Shown piece by piece: positions 55,764-64,000 of a stretch of 64,000 nucleotides of DNA. The notes under the pieces were generated by a model, which saw nothing but the letters and a program-made list of their open reading frames with translations, was not told the DNA's origin and searched no databases. Origin of the DNA: an uncultured Nitrososphaerales archaeon (lineage in GTDB: Archaea > Thermoproteota > Nitrososphaeria > Nitrososphaerales > Nitrososphaeraceae). Position numbers and translations under genes: made by a program. The stretch covers positions 46,423-110,422 of the forward strand of contig CAVPXM010000061.1 of assembly GCA_963709405.1 (NCBI GenBank). The letters are read 5' to 3'. Each line of letters begins with the position of its first letter. Positions within the stretch are counted from its first letter, which is position 1.

Positions 55764-57062
55764 TTATCCATTACTCGGAAACGCCTTCTTGACATACTTT
55801 GTAACCCCAATATATTGAATAACTATAGAAAGCAGAACTACACCGAAGGTCAGAGTTACAATTAAATCTTTTAGACCGTGACCATTGATACCTTCTGAAG
55901 GTAACGAAGCGACCAAGGCAACCGAAAGTGCCCCCCTCATTCCTCCTAATACCACGATGTGCCTCCATGCTGTTGGAATTTTTTCTCTTGTAAATCTATT
56001 GATCGCTGACAATATCGGATAGGTAGATATTATTCTTGCTATAAATACGACGCTAAATGCCAAAATTATCAAACCGATATTTTGACCTATGCTTAAAACA
56101 TTCATACTTACGCCTAAATAAAGAAATGCGGCTGAATTTGCGAGAAATGCAACGATCTCCCAGAAATTAAACACTGACGTCCGAACCTTTAGACTCATGT
56201 ATGCTTCATGCTTTACAGTTATATTGCCAAAGTACAACCCTGCGACTGCTACAGCTACCAATCCCGACACACCAAGAGTATTTGCAAGGACTACTGAGCC
56301 AAACACGGTTGCTATCGTTAATGCAGTTTCAGAAAATGGATCATTCATTAATGCGTGCAACCTATCAGTTGCTGCCGCGACTGCCAATCCTACAGCGGCA
56401 CCGCCTGCGAATACATAAGCAAAATGCTCAGATTCACCAATCAGACTCGAAATTCCATCGCCGCTATTGTTACTACTGATACCGACTATCAGTGTAAGAA
56501 TCGATGAGAATACAATAAGAGCAGTAGCATCATTGAAGCTAGCCTCAAATTCCATCAAAGTTGAAAGCTCTTTCGGGATCTTTAACTTCTTGAATATCTC
56601 AATCACTATTGCTGGATCGGTGGGTGAAATCAATGCAGCAAAAAGAAATGCAATTCCGAAACTCAATCCTGCTACATACGTAAGAAGAATGCCAGCTGCA
56701 AATGTGGAAACGATCACTCCTACAGTCGCCAGCAATAGGGCTGATATTCTAACTGCTCTAAATTCCTTGTAATTTACTTTCATCATTGCTTCAAAAATCA
56801 ATGGAGGGATTACGAAATTTATGATTAGACGTGGATCTATTCTAAACTCATTCACATTCACCAAATCGGGACCGATAAAGCTAATAACAGAAAGTCCTAT
56901 TCCAAATATCACAAGGATTATTACGTATGGGATTCTAATTCTGGATGAGAATAGAGCCGCAGCGAATATCATGACCAAAAATATTGGGATAAGATACTGT
57001 GACGAGATAAGAAGCGTTCCAGATGCGGACTGACCCATGCTAGGAGTAAGAGCCAAAATCAA
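55764..57062 (-). CDS. nhaP: CPA1 Na+/H+ antiporter (NhaP-like)
   Basis: VIPPLIFEA, ALISPTDP, EASFNDAT, GVSGLVA, FWE, GGMRGALSVAL; about 12-13 TM helices. Confidence 0.9.
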   Translation of the reverse strand: MILALTPSMGQSASGTLLISSQYLIPIFLVMIFAAALFSSRIRIPYVIILVIFGIGLSVISFIGPDLVNVNEFRIDPRLIINFVIPPLIFEAMMKVNYKEFRAVRISALLLATVGVIVSTFAAGILLTYVAGLSFGIAFLFAALISPTDPAIVIEIFKKLKIPKELSTLMEFEASFNDATALIVFSSILTLIVGISSNNSGDGISSLIGESEHFAYVFAGGAAVGLAVAAATDRLHALMNDPFSETALTIATVFGSVVLANTLGVSGLVAVAVAGLYFGNITVKHEAYMSLKVRTSVFNFWEIVAFLANSAAFLYLGVSMNVLSIGQNIGLIILAFSVVFIARIISTYPILSAINRFTREKIPTAWRHIVVLGGMRGALSVALVASLPSEGINGHGLKDLIVTLTFGVVLLSIVIQYIGVTKYVKKAFPSNG

Positions 57063-57161
57063 TTATGTTACTGTGATTAGATCAATCGATCATAAATACT
57101 AGATCCAGATTGTTGCTTCTTTAATTTTCCAGTGTGTTTTATCTTTTTCCATATATCTTAC

Positions 57162-58643
57162 GGCTCTGCTAACTTAGTGATAAAGCTATAGCTGCGAACA
57201 TTCTCTCATATTCCATGAGCTTATATGAACGCGAGAGAACATCTGCAGAGACAATATTGTTGTATGCATTATGCTTATATTTTCTAGGTCTAAGTAAGTT
57301 TCAGAAATACATCTAAAGCAATCCAACTATTTGGAAAGGAGGGAGGGAGGAAGGAGTCATGTTGTTGCTGTATGGAAATGGGTTCAGAGATTCAATCCAA
57401 GGCGTCTTTATTGTTGTAAAAGAGTATCTGCTTTTCTAATTGATGAAACCATGGTGCAGATTGGTCCTGACCATGCTTGGTTATGGGTTGCCGTAGAACC
57501 AATACACAGAGAAATTCGAGTGTATATCTCAAGACACAGGAATAATATGATTGTAGCTGAACGGGAGTGTACCCCTCCAAACTGGGCAGCTTGCCAAGAG
57601 ATAGTCTACTACTCTTTATGATAACATGCCTTCTGACACTTCTTTTCCTGACAAGATTAGCAAGCTTCATGATACGGTACACCTTCTTTCTGTTTGCTGT
57701 TATCCCACTTCTGTGAAGCATGGCTGTTATTCTCCTGACTCCATAGGATGGATATTCCAGTGCCACTTTTTCTATGGCTTCAAGTACTGCTCCTTCTGCT
57801 GAATCAGTGCGACGATTTCTGCTGATAACCGGTTGCTTGTGCCTGTAGTAATAGGAACTTCTGGAATATCCTGACAGAACAGACGCTTTCAGTATGTTAC
57901 TCTCTTTCATCAACAACTCCTGAAAAGCAGCTTTTCTCAATGCCTTGTCCGCCCCTTTTTTAAAAGCTCATTTGCCAGTGCTAGGTCAGACTACCATTTC
58001 CTTGAGTCTCTTATTTTCCTGTTCCAGCTGCCTTTTCTCTATCCGATGCATCTGCACCAGATAAACCTCTTGTACCTGCTTGAACGAAACTTGCTTTCCA
58101 GCTGTAGACCAGGGTTGGTCGAACGTTGTCCCTCCTGCATATTTCGGCCGTCGGCGTACTTGTGGTCAATATTTCCAGCACTATGTTGGCCTTCTCTTCT
58201 CCACTCCATCTTCTACCTGGCATATTCTGTACCCTCCAAAGTGTATCTTAAAACTGGCTTAGAGCTGCCCAGCTGGTACAGGGTACAGATCAGAACCATC
58301 CAAGATCTTTCTTAAATCAAGATTTGTGACAAACATGTTGTTTATAGTGATGGTAGAACATGGTATCCGGAAGCATGTATATCATTAGGACTAACTAAAG
58401 CATAGATTGCATTCACCATACGAAAAGAGTATAGTTGAAAGAACGATAGAATATCTAAAGGATAGATAGAACTGAGGCATTTGATGATTACTATCCATGT
58501 ATGGGGGCTGGATTATGCAATCTTAGTTAGACACGTTCACAAATGGTTCATCTTATTCGTATTTATGCACAATAGCATTATCAAATCTAAGTACTAAATT
58601 TGATGATCTAAGGAGGCGGGGCTATCTCTAAGTTAACAGGGCG
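57162..58643 (+). mobile_element. Degraded IS6-family element carrying a nested IS3 derivative
   Basis: TIRs GGCTCTGCTAACTTAG / CGCCCTGTTAACTTAG. Motifs LYFLGLS, RSHVVAVWKWVQ, LIDET, WLWVAVEP, SDGRTWYPEAC, AFDDYYPC. Confidence 0.88.
57568..58287 (-). mobile_element. Internally deleted IS3-family element (orfA and orfB 5' part; no integrase core)
   Basis: TG..CA ends with TIRs TGTACCC..CTGGGCAGCT. orfA RRWSGEEKANIVLE..VYSWK; orfB SRSSYYY..YGVRRITAML..NRKKVYRIMK. Confidence 0.85.
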
Positions 58644-58929
58644 CTAGAAACATAACGAACCGTTCTTTAACTAAGCTTAAATGGTCTACTAGTACCTATA
58701 TCTCGTATTCTTTTCTTCCTTGAAATGAGCCTTCTTCTTTCGCGGTCCGTATAATTACGTTCAATATCTTTACAAATAAAATTAAATTCCGATACAATTA
58801 CTCCAATAAATGATCTGAATAACAAGGGCTTTTTGGGATAATCTACAATATGACAACAAAGAGTATCTCGGATAAACACCCTACTTGATGGGAAATATAT
58901 CTCTAAACTTCTAATTACGCAATAGATCT
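58644..58929 (-). mobile_element. ISL2-group element 5' end (TIR and transposase N-terminus)
   Basis: TIR AGATCTATTGCGTAATTAG; KKPLLFRSFIG, RDIGTSRPFKL. Confidence 0.85.
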
Positions 58930-59621
58930 TATTCTATGGCAAGCTCTAATAGCTGCCCTTCATTCCTTGCTACCGACATAGATTCTATATTTCCTCCCAC
59001 ACAAACAGGACAACTTGTAGGAAAACTATTTGTTTCAACTATGTTAGTCATGCATGAAGCACACCACAAACATGACTGACATATCAGAAACCAAGGATGT
59101 GGTTTTCCTTTTGTCTGGTAGTGATACAGATATCGAATTGATGTGTCTATCCAGACATTCTCTTCATCATATTCTCTTATGTAATAAGTAGGAATTACAT
59201 ATTCTTGTTTAGTATAGTGTAATACTGTCATTGATTGATTATCAATAGCAATCACATTTCCAATGTGGATCAAATCACTTGTTTTAACTCTTTTATTTAT
59301 TAGTTCATTCAAGTTAGATGAACGTTTAAATTGAACAGGAGTTTGAGATTTTGATTTTGATTTTATTTGTGTATCTGAATCTACTTGAACTTGTACAGAT
59401 TTTTGACTATTTTCATTTTGTTTCAAAAATACTTCTCTTCTCCTATTATTGGCATAGTGCAGATGTTCTTGTACGGCTGCATTTCGATTTCTGGTTTGAA
59501 TCATTTCGAGCTCTCTTGTACCATTTTCTGTCCATGCAACACGAAGTACCGTTTTTCCAAAAACTAGTACCAGTATTACGACAGAACCTATTATAACACC
59601 AATAATTATTGTAGTGTCCAA
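58929..59621 (-). CDS. Membrane-anchored PRC-like/Zn-ribbon protein (copy 2)
   Basis: Near-identical to 52413-53093; one fewer KS unit and a different C-terminal frame. Confidence 0.7.
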   Translation of the reverse strand: MDTTIIIGVIIGSVVILVLVFGKTVLRVAWTENGTRELEMIQTRNRNAAVQEHLHYANNRRREVFLKQNENSQKSVQVQVDSDTQIKSKSKSQTPVQFKRSSNLNELINKRVKTSDLIHIGNVIAIDNQSMTVLHYTKQEYVIPTYYIREYDEENVWIDTSIRYLYHYQTKGKPHPWFLICQSCLWCASCMTNIVETNSFPTSCPVCVGGNIESMSVARNEGQLLELAIE

Positions 59622-59755
59622 TCAGGTCCCTTATTATTGTGTACTAGCATATTGCATGCCAAGATATATAGATTACTGAATAGATTTAAATACTGATCTT
59701 CCTGCTTTAACAGGAACCATTATTTAAGCATCGGTGATTGTCTACGGCTGTGTTA

Positions 59756-60935
59756 AGAGTTATGTAAACATGTAGATGCTTTCTCCATGTAAACTGTTTA
59801 TACTAGTTTTGCCTCTATGTTTTTTATTATAATCACATGCCCAATCAGATACTGCTTTACCTATATCACGTTCATTTTGAAAGGTGGAATTGTTTATTGC
59901 TTGTCGTTGCATCCATAGCCATCTTACCTCTATCAGATTGAGCTCGGGTGATCTGGTGGGAAGAAATACAAGGTGTATCCTTGGATGATATTTGGATAAT
60001 ACTGCTTTCACCTTGTTTGATTTATGTATCGATACGTTATCAAGTATCAGAAATATCTGCTTGATACTATCGTCATACTTTTGGTCCATTCTTTTGATAA
60101 AATCTAAAAACTGTTTTCCGGTTTTCTTTTTGTAGCCATGCGTCCACATTTGATCATTGGTATAATCGTATATACCAAACACGTTTAGAATTCCCTTTGT
60201 CTTTTGAGCTTTGGATACCTTAGACTGTGTAGAGGACCAAGATGTACCGCCATATGTTTTTGCTACTATCGGTCCTTTCTCATCCTCGTAGAGCAGTACT
60301 GAGTCAGAAGACAGGTTACTGTATCTTAGTTCTTCAATTCTCTTTTTTTCAAATGATATTCAGGATCTAGGCTGTGTCCCAGAGTAATCTTTGACTGCCT
60401 ATATTTTATTCCGTGTTTTAGGAGGATATTTCTAACCTCGGTGTGGCTGATAGCATCTACAAGGCTCATCTCCTTGGAGACAAATCCTGCTAGTACTCTT
60501 AATGACCATGTGGAAAATGGCAATCCATAATCTTTTCTTGAATTTTTGGTTGCTATCTCCACAATCTTATTCTCCATATCGTCAGATATTTTGATTGGTT
60601 TATGCTTGTGTATTTTTGATGCTATTCCATCTATACCTTTTTCATTGAAACGATGAATCCATTTTCTTATGTTGCTATCATGATGGTTAGTTGCCTTCCT
60701 TATTTCAGGAACTGTGTATCCATCATCCTTAAGAAGAATAATCTTTGCACGGTATCCAGATTCTCTATCCTCAAGTATGCTATCATGTAACCTATTCTTT
60801 TCATTATTTGTAAGCAATCTGAGGAATGTATCCCTCATGCTGATAATTTAAAAGAGAGTAAGCTAAAGGTGTTATGGTATCTGAACGAGCACTGTTAGTT
60901 TACAGAAGAGCATTACATATTCTTTACATAACTGT
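59756..60935 (-). mobile_element. IS630-family element (ORF A 60326-60838, ORF B ending 59760; probable -1 frameshift)
   Basis: TIRs A(G/C)AGTTATGTAAA with TA duplication; LKK A-run; YEDE, ILDNVSIH, PELNLIE. Absent from duplicate copy 1. Confidence 0.93.
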
Positions 60936-60969
60936 TAAGTTAAGCAGATGCAGTTGTGAACGCCTTCTT

Positions 60970-61207
60970 CTAATGTTAATTTTCAAAGGAATAGAACATC
61001 CAAAGGATTAATCATGTATGCATTATGCATACTTTCCAGGATTAAGTTTTAGGAGTACCACAAAAGCGTTAGATCGGCCTAGCCAAACATCTAATCTATA
61101 TGTTAATTTACAAGTAAAGAGAACATTAAAGGATTAATTAACCATGTATGTATTGTGTCTATACCTTATAGGAAAGTTTTAGGAGTACAATAAAAGCATT
61201 AGATCTA
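60970..61207. repeat. Two tandem diverged ~115-bp units (third copy at 53266-53377)
   Basis: Shared blocks GAACAT..AAAGGATTAAT..CATGTATG..AAGTTTTAGGAGTAC..AAAAGC.TTAGATC. Confidence 0.8.
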
Positions 61208-61208
61208 C

Positions 61209-62833
61209 CTATCTAAGCAGATATTGTCTATCTCGCCATACTACCGACTGTCCATTTTTTTTAATCTGTATCATTAAAGACAATATAATATTGGTAACGT
61301 AAGCAACAACAAGAAATGCAGCTCCAAATGGTGAGATAATAGCATAAACAAGGGAGATCTTGAATCTCCATGCTTTCGCACTCGATCCAGCAAACAATCC
61401 AATACATGCAGATAAATTCAACAATAGTATCATGAAATGTATTTGGTCCAAGAGTTTAGATGATTGATCCAGTATAAAGTTTGAATTATCAACCCTATAA
61501 TTATATAATGTTGGGTTTGAGTCTGGAACTCTCGCGATACCAAAACTGTATGGAAGCAAAATAAAAGGGAATAAGGTCATAAGAAATATAACCAATAGAT
61601 TACGAATCACTTTTCTCTTCTTCTTTCCGTTCGTATTAAGAAGTGCTGGCACTATTGTTCTCGCTATACCATGCCACAACGTAAGGAGGTCGCTAGACCA
61701 TAAAGCAGTTAAGCTCTTTATCCATTTGCACGCCTCCAATTTTATAGCCCACTTCTTTTGTTCTTATTCCAAGTGCTTCATCTTCTCTGATATTACTACG
61801 GATCACTTTATAGGTCCCGATATCTTCAAAGACTTTTCTTTTTATTGCAATGAAGCAACCCATGAGACTAGCCGCCTTAGATTCAGGATTGTTAATATCG
61901 AATGCACTATATCCGAAAAGGGTACCAATTAGATTCCAGACTGGATTTACCATCTTTGACCAGAAATCTCGCAGCTCAACGAAAGGAAAACCCGTAGGTA
62001 CATCTAGATTTTCTTTCTTGAAATAAGAGATAGATGATATGATAGTATCCTTATTGATATAACAAGTATCTGCATCAGTAAAAATCAAAATGTCTCCTTT
62101 GCTACAAATATAGCCTTGTTGTGAGGCCCAACTCTTACCAGTCCAGCCTTTTGGTTTATCTTTTAGTGATATTATTCTTAGTTTCTCGCGACTATTTTTA
62201 TTATTATTATTGCCGCTAATTGGCATGAAATCTTTTTCTCCTAACGATACAGTTACAGTTGCATCGTCAGTTCTTCTTCTTCTTCTATTACCATTAACTG
62301 AAGTTAAAGTATTTGAATTAATGGAAAAAATATTAGAATTTCCATTGGTGAATTCTAGTTTTTGCCGTTGTTGAGATGAGGGATCCTGTACCCTCGCAGA
62401 GATAACCCTTTTGTATTTCATGCATGATTTTAAGGGTGTTATCAGTAGAATTGTCGTTTACTGCAATTATCTCAAAGTTAGGATAATCTTGGCTGAGTAA
62501 AGACGTCAGACATCTTGCAATATGATTTTGCTCGTTCCTGGCAGGTACTATTATACTTACAAATGGTAATTCAGTATCACCACAACAATCTTTAATGTTA
62601 ATCTGATTCAAATTGTTGCATGTTGATGATGATTTGGCTTGCCGATTGTGATCGATGGATGGAGTACGATAGTAATTTCTCAGGGATATGGCAAATAGAT
62701 AAATCCATAGTGCATTCAATATTATTAATACGAGTGGAAGCAAAAGGTTATTTGTAATAAAAAATGCTGATTTAGTCTGGATTAATGATTGAATAAATGC
62801 GCAAGTATTTCCAAATATCTTACCCCAACTCAT
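61209..62833 (-). CDS. Family 2 glycosyltransferase with membrane segments (two frameshifts)
   Basis: FVSIIVPARNE, AVNDNSTDNT, GWTGKSWA, IFTDAD, GCFIAIKR, IREDEALG, VVWRDRQY. Confidence 0.85.
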
Positions 62834-62869
62834 ACGGCAGATTCTGAAGAAGAGGTTGCCATGAACTTA

Positions 62870-63650
62870 ACACCCTGAAGATGGTGAACATGTATCTATC
62901 ATAAAAATGGCTATAAGGAAGTTAAGTTTGATCTTTCTTGTAGCACTAGTATGAGAAATAGAAAATTTAGATACAAGTTCACTGTATGTTAGGAATTGAT
63001 ACCCTTGTTCCTTCAACTGCAATATCATATTCATTTGATCTCTAAACGCAATACGTGGATCTCTAGGATGCAGGCAATTCTAATTATTTCTGCTTTTTCC
63101 TGGATTAAGATTTTGAAATGTCTTCTGTTTATATCAATATTTGCAATATTCTTTTCTGGGTCTCCACAAGAATCCCAGTTCAGGACTTTTGGAACACGTA
63201 TTTTCCTAAATGTTCTCTTAAATAGCAATACTAATCGCTCCTGCATCTCTGTTAGTCGAAATCTGAGTTTACTCAAGACTCCAATCGAATCAATGTTTAA
63301 TTTCCAGCACGGAGGAATAAATATAGTCGGATAGAGTCCAACCTGTTGGAATATTTGGAGTCCTGCTCGTATCTCTTGCTCTGCATATGCTTTCGTCCTT
63401 GTCCTAAGTCATCAATCTGATGCCTCTTGTTTTCATGATAAAGACCATGTAAAGCAATCTCTGCGCTACAGCACTCGATTTGTTTTACAAATTTAGGAAA
63501 CCTCGGGAGGTCTTGTTCTCCGTTAAAGAAAGGTACAAGGCCAATATTATATCTTACTTCCAGTTTTTCGAGCTGTTCAGTAATCTCAAATGTTCTTGAG
63601 GAAAAAGCAGGACATGCATCATGTAATGTGACTATTGCCAATAATTGCAT
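62870..63650 (-). CDS. DUF2334 / polysaccharide deacetylase-like protein (frameshifted)
   Basis: IVTLHDACP, EIALHGLYHE, FIPPCWKL fragments; 3' boundary approximate. Confidence 0.7.
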
Positions 63651-64000
63651 TAATTTAAATACAACACCTTCTTCTTCTCAAGTTCTGTGAATCTATTTCT
63701 TAGTGTTACTTCCGTTATGCCAGTACTTTAGCGATATTGCGTTGGGTAGTATGATGTCCGGGCTTTTTACAGTAGATATAAAGTACGGATGTTGCAACAG
63801 CCATAGGATTTATTCCTGCAGGTATCTTCTTGATGATAATATCATTCAATATATCTATTGCAAGGCGTTTTACCTTTTCGTTAACATTAATCATGTCAGA
63901 TAGTCTCATCATATATTCAAATGGATCAATTGTGGGAACTTTAAGGTCAAGACTATTCATTAGCATTCTAGACCACTTTCCTAATCTCTTTCGCTTCACA
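63651..64000 (-). CDS. tfb: Transcription initiation factor IIB paralog, C-terminal part (runs off the window)
   Basis: DLKVPTIDP, AGINPMAVATSVLY, TQRNIA, then GITEVTLRNRF after a frameshift. Confidence 0.85.

Larger units (their letters stand above)
55630..58643. mobile_element. Composite transposon: IS6-type MITE + Na+/H+ antiporter + IS6, with 8-bp TSD
   Basis: CTAGAAAC at 55622-55629 and 58644-58651. The outer ends share TGTTAACTTA. Removing the unit rejoins the ISL2 ORF (ERFVM-FL-VYYK). Confidence 0.85.

Noticed and set aside
12474-57033. Many short antisense ORFs in the track (e.g. 12474, 19829, 29956, 37598, 41161, 56467)
   Set aside because: They lie opposite well-supported genes and have no motifs; treated as shadow ORFs.

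Overview
AT-rich archaeal DNA, most consistent with a soil ammonia-oxidising archaeon (Nitrososphaeraceae). The evidence is an archaeal Hsp20, a TFB, TATA boxes close to start codons, orphan receiver and winged-helix proteins, P-II paralogs, a cupredoxin and a YVTN surface protein. No rRNA, tRNA or CRISPR array was found. The window is a plastic region dense in IS elements (IS6, IS630, IS5/IS427, IS5/ISL2, IS3 and a DDE_Tnp_1 element), MITE-sized derivatives and gene remnants, with a more core-like block at about 29.6-41.6 kb (ilvA, hsp20, ACT-like protein, orphan N4-C methyltransferase). Many single-base frameshifts (trxB, ltrA, hydrolase, GT2, deacetylase) may be long-read errors, so pseudogene calls based only on them are uncertain. 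Main findings: (1) a 3.0-kb composite transposon (101-bp IS6-type MITE, Na+/H+ antiporter, IS6) flanked by a perfect 8-bp target duplication CTAGAAAC that splits an ISL2 transposase; (2) an arsM-arsC-aquaporin operon facing an HxlR/DUF24 regulator with three Cys rather than an ArsR, plus an inverted partial duplicate of the operon; (3) an SF2 helicase gene hit by four different IS elements; (4) a phased TTAYCAT heptamer array upstream of an HTH/coiled-coil gene; (5) a segmental duplication of a membrane-anchored PRC-like/Zn-ribbon fusion gene. Family assignments come from motif recognition by eye; no database searches were run.
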